This document shows, in pieces, positions 53,356 through 64,000 of a stretch of 64,000 nt of DNA. The first letter of the stretch is position 1. Each line of letters opens with the position of its first letter. This stretch comes from Cetorhinus maximus (taxonomy: Eukaryota), in contig NC_135896.1 of assembly GCF_964194155.1 (NCBI RefSeq), positions 25,110,001 to 25,174,000 on the forward strand, written 5' to 3'. Below the pieces are notes generated by a model that was given only the letters and a program-made list of their open reading frames with translations, was not told where the DNA came from and made no database searches. The position numbers were made by a program, and so were the translations under genes.

Positions 53356-54345
53356 ATTTAGGAAGCATTATGTCTGCAGATGGAAGATGCAACAAAGAAA
53401 TAAGAACAAGAATAGCAATGGGAACGGTCATACTTATCAGGAGATGGTTGTTAATTGGAAAGCAGAATTAAAAACTCAAGAAGTGACTTATAAAGAGTTT
53501 GAAGTGGAGTATTGTTTTGGATGGTTGTCATATTTGGACTTTATGGAAAGAGGAAAGCAACTTGCTAAATAGCTTTGAAATGTGGGTTTGGAGGAGAATG
53601 AAAAGAATCAGTTGGAGAGAAAAAGTAACAAATGATGTGCTGAGAAGAGTGAACGAAAAAAGACGTTTGCTGAATGTAATTAGGAACAAACAGAGTTTGG
53701 GTAGAGTACATCTTAACAGGAAACAGACTTGTAAGAGACGTTAGGGATGGAAGATTTCAAGAAAAAAGGGGAATAGGTTGGAAGAGAATATCAATGCTGG
53801 ATGGCTTGAAAATTGAAGGAATTTATTGGCAAATTAAAAGACTGGCACAGGACAGAGACACATGGAAAGACTACTATGAGCCTGCTACAAGGATCTGCTT
53901 TTGGGCAGAGCACATATGATGATGATGATGATGATTTGAATCTGGTGAAACCACACCTGCAGCAGTGCATGCAGTTTTGGTCTCCCTATTTTAAAAAGGA
54001 TATTCAATTTATTGGAGAGAATACAGAGGCTATGTGGTTGTCCTAGAATTTAAGAGAATGAGGAAAGATTACTGGTGAGGAGAAGCATGTTGAAGCTAAT
54101 CTAAATGTTTATTAACTAGATGATGATCTGCACAGGGGAATTTTATACCATGTGACTTGTCAGTGTGCAATGGAAAGATTTTCCCGGAATCAGAATAGTT
54201 GAGTCAAAAGCTGCAGATGAACTTCTGCCTTAACTTTGAATAGTGAGGAAAGTGAGTGATGTGATAATAAAATGTAATATCTATTTAGCAACTTCTGTAA
54301 TTGAAATGTTGTATATTTTAATTAATCACATTCACTTTCTTTTAG

Positions 54346-54382
54346 GGAATTGAAACCAGGTGAAGAAACTACATGGAAGTGA
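54346..54382 (+). CDS. NDUFB1: NDUFB1 last coding exon (R/ELKPGEETTWK*)
   Basis: ttttAG acceptor, phase completes the CG+G Arg codon; the C-terminus REL.P.EE.TWK matches NDUFB1; total 57 aa. Confidence 0.95.
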
Positions 54383-54513
54383 TGAGCTAAAAACCATGCT
54401 GAGAAAACAAGGAACTGTTTTGCATAAAAACAAGCCCAATGTCAATTCTAGTCTTGATGAGTCTTCAATCAGGGATCCTGTGAAAGTTTATTTGAATAAT
54501 GCTGTTTTGTCCT

Positions 54514-54703
54514 ATTAAATTTTGATCTATCACAAACTCTGCTTATCTTCGTGTAACAGATAATTGGTTTAAAGTCCTAAAATTTGCCAACATTTCCCTC
54601 TTTTTGTATCACTGGAATATAAAATTTAAAAAAGGCATGGCAAATTCATTCTATTTCTTTCATTAACTTAGATTAACACAAATGGAATGTCAGACTTAAT
54701 AAA
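54514..54703 (+). terminator. Candidate NDUFB1 poly(A) signals: ATTAAA 54514-54519 and AATAAA 54698-54703
   Basis: Hexamers downstream of the stop codon; which one is used is unknown. Confidence 0.45.
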
Positions 54704-56651
54704 TCTTACATTGAATTAACTATTGTTTGAATCTTTCAAGTTTTAAGTTTAAAATTGTAAAATGTTAACCGTAGGACATGGATTTGTATTCGTTAAGTCC
54801 TTTTTTATTCTTTTGCCCTGGGAATTGACAACGGGAAATATATAAACATTTCACTCAATTCCAATGATCACTGTTTGCACTGGAGTATATTTCATTTGTG
54901 TGTCTACAATTTTGAGTTGTTGATATTCCTCCTGAACCTGACTGATATCTTTGTAAATCCTGGAGTGGAATTTATGTTGCAATATTTCAATAACTTAATT
55001 GCTTTTACTGAATTGTTCGCAAGCTTTTGAGTAAGTTCATTTTAAATTTAAAATGAAAACAGAAAATGCTGGAAATATTTAGCAGGGCAGGCAGTGTTAT
55101 AATGGCACATGCTCACTGCATAAATCCAAATTAAATGCACCCTAGTATCATAGTGCTATGATAGCTGGTTTCCCATCTGCCATTTCTTCCCCTCCCACCA
55201 TAAATAAATATGAGACTCAGCGCTGAAAACCATGGCAGCCTGACATCCCCTTCAATGCGAAGAAGACCAAGTATTCCGGAGTGGACATCTTATCAGCTAC
55301 TTGTGTGGGCTGAACACTAAATACCTTTAACTTATACAAAGCAGGTGGCTTGCTTTTTTTGTTGTTCTTCTTTTCCCCTGTGATTTTCTCTCACGTTCGC
55401 TTGAAGATTATTTCATGGACCCCGATAAAGTCTCTACAAAACCCCAGTTTGAGAATCACTGTCTTAAATGACAGTGTCCCACAAACAGCAATGTGAAAAT
55501 GACTGAATTTTCTATTTTTATTGATGTTGGTTAGGGCCAGGATATCGGAAGAAAGCCCTTGCTCTTCAAAAAGATTCCAACTGAGAGGGGCCTTGGTTTA
55601 ACATCTCATCTGAAAGATGGTAGCTCCAACAGGGCAGCACTGGAGTGTCAGTCTAGATTTTGTGTTCAAGTCTCTAGAATGGCACTTAAACCCACAGCCT
55701 TTTGATTCAGAGGCAAGGGTGCTATCACTTAACCCTTAATTTTAGGATTTAGACCTAAAAATATGTTCTTAAAAAGAATCAAAATGTTTTTTCCTCCATT
55801 TAGATGATGAGTTAATTGCTGAAAAGTGATTGACAGGAAGACTAGCCATTTATGAAGGACATTGATTGCAAACCCTGATCCTTTCCAGCTTCTTGTCAAG
55901 AAATGCAAAAATTGCTGGCTGGATTTTGTAGTTCAAAATAAAAAGCAAAGCTCTATCAAAGCAGCCATCTGTTTATGTAGCATTCCAAAGAGGCAATGTC
56001 ACAAATAATGTACTTACTCATTTATGTAGCAGTGATAAATTTTTTTTACCCCACATTTCCACTGGCCCGTGTCCAGTTCTGCCAATGCCCCAATTCCATC
56101 TTCCATGCTGCTCAACTTCAGGATGCCCACTCTATTGCTGAAAAAATTCCAGGATCTTTGTTGCAGCACTGTTGAATCCAGGAGCAGCACTCCTCTATGC
56201 TACCAAAGCTTAGGAGTGCACCCAATGTTGCACAGTTGCATGGCACTGCTCTCCTGTACTGCTGATCAGGAAGCTAACTGGAACATTTGATTTAATCTGT
56301 TATCATAAATCAGTGGCTCAAAGCACATTGCACATTAGATAGCAGAACACATCAGTAGAACAAAACCATGGGGTATCAATCATGTAGTGTGCATTTGTTT
56401 TGTTTTATTCTTAGGGTGAGGGTGACACTTGTGTTTTTATTGCCCAGCTCTAGTTTCTATGAGAAGGTGGCAGTGGGTCTTATTAAACTGCTGCAATCTA
56501 TGTGCTGATGGTGTTCTCATGGCTGTGTTATATGTAGAGAATTTCAGGACTTTGGCCCAGTGGCGATGACAGCACAGTGGTAAATGCCCAAGTCGAAATG
56601 GTGTAAGACCTGAAAGGAGACTCGTTAATTGTCTTGCTGCTATTGTCCTCC

Positions 56652-56990
56652 TTGGTGGTAGAGATTGAGGTGTCAGCTGTGGCTCAGTTCATAGCACCCT
56701 CGCCTTTGAATCAGAGGGTTGTGGGTTCATGTCCCACTCCCGGAAACCAAGAACTGTGATTGTACTCAAAAGAGTTGCAATCTGTAACTGTTGATAACTC
56801 GAAAGAATTTTTTTTTTTGGTGATAGAGATTGAGGTGTCAGCTGTGGCTCAGTTCATAGCACCCTTGCCTTTGAATCAGAGGGTTGTGGGTTCATGTCCC
56901 ACTCCCGGAAAACCAAGAACTGTGATTGTACTCGAAAGAGTTGCAATCTGTGACTGTGGATAACTCGAAAGAGTTTGGTGGTAGAGATTG
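56652..56990 (+). mobile_element. Second tandem pair of the 143-bp SINE with a different 16-bp target sequence present three times
   Basis: TTGGTG(G/A)TAGAGATTG at 56652, 56817 and 56975; lies within an old LINE tail (56400-57050). Confidence 0.9.
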
Positions 56991-58709
56991 TTGGACTGGG
57001 AGGGGCTGTCTAAGCAAGCTTGGATGAGCTTGTAAGGCATTTTCTGTAATGACTTTGGAGCAACATTTTTATGTCATCAATAAAATGGGAAGTTCCTATG
57101 TCAATATTTGCCTGTTATGCTTTTAAATATAAATTATTGCGCATATGGGAAGCTGCCATCATGCTTCTATCCTGTGGCATTCAGCCATCGCACAGATATC
57201 TAGGGACCACGGGCAAGTTGATGGGTAGACCTTGGGGAATGATGTCTACCAGCCCCATTGAATAGGAACATTGCCATTGAGTCCAAGCAGCAACTAGTCA
57301 GGCAATGGAGAGGATCATGGGGGTTCTAGAAAATCAAATCTAATGCCTGGACAAGTCAGTGTGTTCTCCAGAATTATCTGAGGGTGACAAGAATAATTGT
57401 GGCCTGCTGTGCACTTGAGAATGTTGCCTAATGAGAAGTTCTCAGTCAGGACATACTGGGCAAGGAGCCCATGACACTAAAAAAACCCCTAAACCAAAGA
57501 GCCTGGAATCATCGATGATGTCTGCTCACTGCTCCAGGCTCCCAGGGCTGTCGCAAGGCAGCTTGTTGCACACGTGTTCAGCACTTATTGCATCTACCTA
57601 CAAAACACAGCTTGCCCACCTTTGCCCTTGTCCTCAAACAAAACAAAGTGTGAAAGCAATGCTCACACAAACAGATGACAATGGATTTGTGCTCTTATTC
57701 CCCACAGCAATATACCAACTTTCATCAGTGGAGTGAACTCAGAACCATCTGCCCGAACTATTCTTTGTGACTGCAATTTCATTGATTAATGAAGCAGAGA
57801 ATGAAAGTGGTAATTCAACTTTAGTATAGCAATGAACAGAACACAAACAGGCTTCCATGAATGACAAGGCACAAAATAAGTGAACTTTCAACCTGAACAG
57901 GAAATTGCAAGTCCTCGAGCATTCCCCATAGGGCTGCATACATGCTCAAAAGAATAGGTACACAAACTACAAAATTAACTGCAAGATATAAAGTATTCTC
58001 CACAGGACTGTATTAGTACACATCGAACCTTAGTAAAGAAATTTCCAAAGACAAACAGGATTGCATCAGTGGCTCAGTACAGAATAAGCATACTTATTCA
58101 TTCAGGCATTAACTGCAAGTTTATACATTTGCTTCAAAGAATCCTGGAAGCCCCATTAATCAGAGACAGGAAACTGATTCAAGGTGTCCTCCAATCCATC
58201 CCCCCAACTCCACCAGAGTTGCACTTTATATTCCAGGCTAACCTTTTCCCACTCTTAATTATCTCTCCCGCCCAGCCCCTGTATCCCTCCACACCATTCG
58301 ATATCATGCATGCACAAGGCCACCCCTTGAAAACATCAGTATTTGCTTCCATCACTACATGTGGCAGCAAGTCCCATTTTCTCACCACTGTATACAAAGA
58401 AAATCCTCCTAAATGATTTACCTATCTGTTAATGGCTATCATACGTATGCACCATTGTTCTGAAAAGCTGAGGTCCCAGCAGATCTCTTAATTGGGAAGA
58501 TGGGTGGCACGGTTATGGGTTGGGAGAGATGGGGGCAATCGGCTGGGTGGGAGAGATTGAGGGGGATAGAGATGGAGAGTTGAGAAATGGAGGTCCAAGA
58601 TGAGGAGAGGTAGGCATAGAACTATAGTTATATTATTCCAGCATCCGCAGTATTTTGCTTTTATATTAATATAGTTATGTCCTGCCAGTTTGAGACAATA
58701 CCCATTATA

Positions 58710-58965
58710 CAATACACAAGAACACCTGGAAAAACTCAGCAGGTCTGACAGCATCTGCGGAGAGGAGCACAGTTAACGTTTCGAGTCCGTATGACTCTTC
58801 AACAGAACTAAGGAAAAATAGAAAAGAGGTGAAATATAAGTTGGTTTAAGGGGGGTGGGACAGGTAGAGCTGGATAGAGGGCCAGTGATAGGTGCAGATA
58901 ACCAAACGACGTCGTAGACAAAAGTTCAAAGAGGTGTTGAAGGTGGTGATATTATCTAAGGATAT
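58710..58965 (-). mobile_element. Penelope-like-element-derived terminal repeat
   Basis: Reverse-complement homolog of 640-932. Confidence 0.6.
58771..58809 (-). ncRNA. Minimal type I hammerhead ribozyme motif (one core substitution)
   Basis: AGTT-CTGTTGA-A-GAGTC(ATACG)GACTC-GAAAC-GTT-AACT. Confidence 0.55.
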
Positions 58966-59129
58966 CTCTACTCACGTCCCCTACCTTCTATTATATACTG
59001 CCTGACCTGCTGAGTGCATCCAGCATTTACTGGGGTTTTTGTTTTGCAGATTTCCATGGAGCATCTCATCCTTAGCCCTAACGGTGCTTGCACATACGGG
59101 ATTTCTTTCGGACATTCTGGCCTCGACAA

Positions 59130-59870
59130 AACAAGGGGGCGGGAGGGGGGGCAATGGTCAAAGTAAAAATCCGCCGGCAGGAGAACACAGCGACGTAAAC
59201 GGGATTGAAGAAATTCCAGGTCCGCGTGAATGCTTTTGTTTAAATAAATAGGTCTCCATAGAGATGTTGCACTCTGTTTCTGGCTGCAGTCCATGTCCAA
59301 CTACCAGTAAACCGGGTGGGGGAGGAGAGCTGCCTCCCGCTGCGACTGTTTACGTCGCTGGGACGGCAGTATGTGTGCGCGCATGCGTGTGTGCCCCGGC
59401 CGTTGATTGGTTCGTGGGTTTGACCCCCGCCGGGTCACGCCGCACAGGATGATGGTCCATTATCCATCATGGAGGCGATATTTCACGAGAAAGTGAGTTG
59501 ATGCGGCGATTACTGTTTAAAATGGCCGTGGCGGCGGCTCGCCGGGCCCGGGAAGCAGCGGCGGGAGAGGCCGCCGTGGCGTTTGGCGTCGAGTTGCTCA
59601 AACCTCCCCGTCTTCCTCCTCCGGGGCTGCGGTGAAGCGGCTGTGGGGCGGGGAGTTTCACAGCCGCTGGCTGCCAGCGCCACAGGGTTCCCCACCCTTG
59701 GCCTGAGGCCGGAGCGGCTGCCCCCGTACATTCACCGCTCATAACTGGGCTCTGAGTCGCGGTGCAATAATCACATTGAATTCCGCTTTTAAAGGGCTGC
59801 CCTCGAGATGTGTCGCACCTTGGGAGGGCGATTAATATCCCGGCCCGACATCTAAAGAGAAACGTCCCAA
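59130..59870 (+). promoter_or_regulatory. ATXN3 CpG island/promoter: TGTTTAC forkhead-type motif (59347-59353), NRF1-like GCGCATGCGT (59379-59388), reverse CCAAT (59406-59410), YY1-like AAAATGGCCG near 59519
   Basis: High CpG density around exon 1; motifs read directly, function inferred. Confidence 0.75.
59469..59492 (+). CDS. ATXN3: ATXN3 (ataxin-3) exon 1 coding part, MEAIFHEK; rest of gene beyond the window
   Basis: ATG GAG GCG ATA TTT CAC GAG AAA followed by a GTGAGT donor inside a CpG island; matches the 8-codon first exon (human MESIFHEK) and the NDUFB1-ATXN3 neighbourhood. Confidence 0.92.
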
Positions 59871-60944
59871 AAAAAAACCATCCTATCAGGCAGGAGAGGA
59901 GTGCTCAAAGTTAGCAAGTGATGTTTGTGTAAATCCTCCGAAGTTGATCTTCTCAGTTCGTTGAACGGTTAAGTAAATCGTTTGTATCAGCTTCTGACTT
60001 CCCGTTTCTGATCCCACACACTTCTGATGGTTCTCGTGGAGCACGCATAGGAAAAGAGTTTTTGCGTAGTGCAACTTTAATTACTGCACGTTGTGTGACT
60101 CTCAAAGACGACGTACAGGGCACCACTTGAGCGTGGAAAAGTTGGACGTTTAGCCTGAAAGACACTACTGCACTATATAAAAGCACAGTTGTCCTGTTGT
60201 GGTTGTATTACAATCTTGGTAAAATCGCTGCTAATATGATAGTGTTTTACTTCATGATGTTGATTATTCATTAACAGTGCAGAAGTTCAACTATCTTTAC
60301 GATAGGCTATTGAATAGGTAGAATCGATGCTCAATACAGTAAAATGTTGAGTAGGAAGAAGGGGAGGCTACTCGACGCCAAACGCCACAGCGGCCTCTCC
60401 CGTTAACTCTGTTTTTCTCTCCACAGATGCTGTTAGACCTGAGTTTTTCCAGCATTTCTTGTTTTTGTTCCAGTAAAATGTTGGTTGTGACAACCTTACA
60501 TATGTAGTTTCCCATATAGCTATGGACATTGGAATTGTAATGGAAATACAAAAATAAAGACAGAATGGATAACTTAAAATGGGGACTGAATTACAATTGC
60601 TTCTTGATCCAACTATCTCTTGCCTTATAACTTCATTTGAAGACAGCACTTTGCCTTGACTCCATATAAAACGTCACAGGAAGTTACGAGTTTATAGTGT
60701 TTGTGATTAATTGTAAATTTCTGGTTGATTATACAGTACAGTTATTTTTGTGTTTTGTATACCTACAGTAAACATCTGAATTTGCCATTATATCTGGTAA
60801 TGTAAGGCTTATGTAAGCCTCTGACTCTTGTGCACAACAATATTGTAAATAGACTGGCTAAGTTTGTGGGTGAATCCCTTGTACAAATGCTATATCCATA
60901 TAATTACTAATGTTGTGTTTATATGGTAATTACTGTTTTATCTA

Positions 60945-62190
60945 CTGTGCATAAGGAATAGGAGCAGATGTAGGCCATTCAGTTCCTCCAGGCCTTGGCC
61001 ATTCAAGAAGATCATGGCCAATCTGATTGTGGCCTTAACTCTACTTTCCTGCTTTTTTCTCCCATAACCCTTGATTCTGTTGTTGATCAGAAGTCTGTTT
61101 AACTCGGCCATGAATATAGTCAATGACCCACCATCCACTACTGTGAGAATTCCAAAGACTAATGACCCCCTGAGAGAAGAAATTTCTCCTCGTCTCGGTT
61201 TTAAATGGGAGACCCCTTATTTTTAAACTGGGCCCCCGTCAAGCCACCTCAATCTTACATCTTTCAATAAGATCACCTCTCCTTCTGGAGCACAACCTGC
61301 TCAACCTTTCCTCATAAGACAACCCCTTCATCCCAGGAATCAACCTAGTGAACCTTTTCTAAACTGCTTCCAATGCAAGTATTATAACCCTTCTTAAGTA
61401 AGGAGACTAAAATTGTACTCTCGGTGTGGTCTCAACAATGCCCTGTACAGTTGTAGCAAGACTTTCCTACTTTTATACTCCATTTACCTTGCAATAAAGG
61501 CCAACACTCCATTAGCCTTTCTAATTACTTGATGTACCTGCATGCTAACATTTTGCGATTCATGTACAAGGACACCCAGATCCCTCTGTACTGCAGCATT
61601 TTGCAGTTTCTTCACTTAAATAATATTTTGCTTTTTGGTTCTTCCTGCCAAAGTGGACAACCCCACATTTTTCCCACATGCTCCAGACCCCAGCAGTGAT
61701 CCCTGTATCACTCCACTGGTTACAGTTGCCAAGTTGAAAATGACCCATTTACCCTGACTCTGTTTCCTGTTAGTTAGCCAGTTCTCTACCATGCTAATAC
61801 ATCATCCCCAACACCATGAGCTCTTGTGCAGCAACCTTTTATATGACCCCTTTTTGACTACTTTTTGAAAATCCAAATACTAGATCTACTGGTTAACCTG
61901 TATCCACTCTGCTTGTTACATGCTCAAAGAACTTTAATAAATTTGTCTAATACAATTCCCTTTCGCAAAACCATGTTGACTCTGCCTGATTGTATTATGA
62001 TTTTCTAAATGTCCTGCTTTACCTTCTTAATAATGGATCCTAGCATTTTTCCAGTGACAGACATTAGACTAACTGATGTGTAGTTTCCTGCTTTTTGATC
62101 CCTACTTTCTTGAATAGAGGTGTTACACTTGCAACTTTCCAATCTGCTGAGACCTTTCCAGAATCATGGAAATTTTGGAAAATTACCACA
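60945..62190 (-). mobile_element. Decayed CR1 LINE (RT to 3' tail)
   Basis: KCGVVHFGRKNQKAKY and CR1 tail remnants. Confidence 0.75.
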
Positions 62191-62614
62191 AACCCAGGTT
62201 TCCAATTTTGTAAATTACATTTGGACTTGTCTATGCAATACACTTGATGTGGGTTGAAACTTTATATGCCAGAAGTTATGCAACTCTCGCTGTCCTTCAA
62301 GAAATTGTTTCAAAATACAGGTTCTAAAAAATGATGCTTTTAAAATAATTGCTACACCTTTTCTGGCCATTTCATTTTGATTGTGAGAGTTGACATCCCA
62401 TTAATTAAAAAAAACCTTTCCTGTCAAAGTTAACTGTTTTAGGTGACAGAAGGATCAATAACCAAGAGGCACAGGTTTAACATAAATAACAGAAGAACCA
62501 GAGAGGAGGTGAAGAGACTATTTTATGCAGCAGTTTGTTAAAATTTGGAATGCACTGCCTAAAAGGGTGACGGAATCAAATTTAATAGCTTTCAAATGTG
62601 AATTTTATATATAT

Positions 62615-63490
62615 TCCACAGAATCACAGAATTGTTACAGCACAGAAGGAAACCATTTGGCTTGTCATGTCCGTGCTGGCTCTCCAAAGGAGCAATGCAC
62701 CTAGTGCCATTCCCAAGCCTTCACCCCATAACCCTGCACATTCTTCTTTTTCAGATAATAATCCAATTCCCTCTTGAATGCCTTGATTGAACCTGCCTTC
62801 ACTACACTCTCAGGCAGGGCATTCCAGATCTTAACCACTTGCTGCATAAGAAAGTTTCTTCTCATGTCTCCATTGCTTCTTTTGCCAACTACCTTAAATC
62901 TGTACCCTCTCATTCTCAACCCTCCCACCATTGGGAACAGTTTCTTCCTATCTGCTCTGACCAGATCCCTCATGATTTTGAATACCTGTATCAAATCTCC
63001 TCTCCAAGGAACACAGTCCCAATTTCTCCAGTCTATCTTTTTAACTTGAAGTTCCTCATCCCTGGATATATCCTTGTGAATCCTTTCTGCATTCTCTCTA
63101 ATGCCTTCATATCTTTCATAAAATGTGGCATCTGGAACTGGACCCAATACTCCATTTGAGGCCAAACCAATATTTTATGCAGGTTTAACATAACTTCCTT
63201 GCTTTTGTACTCTGTGCCCCTTTGAATAAAGTGCAGGATACTGTGTGCTTCATTAACCATACTCTCAACCTGTCCTGCCACCTTCAATGACATGTACATA
63301 TGCACCCAGGTCCCTTTGCTCCTGCATCCCCTTTAGAATTGTATCCTTTATTTTATGTTGTCTCTCCATGTTCTTATAAAAAAAATCACTTCACACTTCT
63401 CTGCATTGAATTTCATCGGCCATTGTCTTCTCATTCCATTATTCCCTTTTAAATTTCTACACTATCCTCCTCACAGTTCAAAATGCTTTG
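62615..63490 (-). mobile_element. CR1 LINE 3' part
   Basis: RGDLIQVFKIM, VKIWNALPESVV; tail ACAGAATCACAGAAT on + strand. Confidence 0.8.
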
Positions 63491-63584
63491 AAAATAAATA
63501 ATTTGCAGGGCCATGGTGAAAGTCCCATTCCCACACTCTAATTGGACAGCTCTTACAATGAACCACATAGGTGCAATTAGTTAT

Positions 63585-64000
63585 TGCAGAAAATAAAAGC
63601 TCATGGTGTAGGGGATAACATATTGGCATAGATAGAAGATTGACTGGCTTACAGAAAGCAAAGAGTTGGCATAGATGGGTCTTTTTCTGGTTGGCAGGAT
63701 GTGACGAGTGGTGTGCCACAGGGATCAGTGCTTGGGCCGCAACTTTTTACAATTTATATAAATGACTTGGATGAAGGGACCGAAGGAATGGTTGCTGAAT
63801 TTGCTGACAACACAAAGATTGGTAGGAAATTAAATTGTGAAGAGGACGCAAGGAGACTACAAAGTGACAAAGATGGGTTAAGTGAGTAGGCAAAGATCTG
63901 GCAAATAGGGTATAATGTGGGCAAATGTGAAATCATTCAATTTGGCAGAAAGGAAAAAGAAGCTTATTATCTAAATGGTGAGAGATTCAGAGGGATCTGG
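63585..64000 (+). mobile_element. CR1 LINE RT fragment running off the window
   Basis: [23 protein letters not shown]...FADNTK. Confidence 0.85.

Larger units (their letters stand above)
47650..53935 (+). mobile_element. RTE-clade LINE, 5'-inverted (47650-48605 on minus), direct pieces 48611-48953, 51691-51950, 53356-53935 with a (GAT)n tail; sits inside an older CR1 (47330-47645 / 53936-54070)
   Basis: GPEILESEIRATINEIKTGKAAGTDEIPA, GMKVNIDRTKVM and FEMWVWRRMKRISWREKVTN motifs; microsatellite tail at 53916-53935. Confidence 0.8.

Noticed and set aside
59467-59742. Minus-strand Ala/Arg-rich ORFs in the ATXN3 CpG island
   Set aside because: Stop-poor GC-rich sequence; no recognisable protein.
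60822-60850. TGTGCACAACA as ATXN3 exon 2 (LCAQHCL)
   Set aside because: Reads SCAQQY, lacks QEGSL and a suitable acceptor; exon 2 is likely beyond the window.

Overview
Eukaryotic (vertebrate) genomic DNA; the repeat content (Deu-domain tRNA SINEs, CR1/L2/RTE/L1 LINEs, Penelope-type ends) suggests a cartilaginous fish, which is an inference. Genes: complete CPSF2 on the minus strand (14 coding exons, 37829 to 12982, 2358 nt = 785 aa + stop, all GT-AG with consistent phases, plus a probable non-coding first exon near 42.2 kb); complete NDUFB1 on the plus strand (57 aa, missed by the ORF track) head-to-head with CPSF2 on a small CpG island; and exon 1 of ATXN3 (MEAIFHEK) at 59469. The gene order matches human 14q32.12. 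The rest is decayed transposons, including a Gypsy 5' LTR/PBS/gag at the left edge and a nested CR1>RTE>(L1, CR1-like) stack in NDUFB1 intron 2. The most unusual signal is a ~143-bp tRNA-headed SINE with a two-GAAA-hairpin, T-ending tail. It occurs at two unrelated loci as TSD-SINE-TSD-SINE-TSD, each time with its own target sequence present three times. There are also several Penelope-type minimal hammerhead ribozyme motifs. Repeat boundaries and family names are by eye and approximate; exon boundaries are exact.
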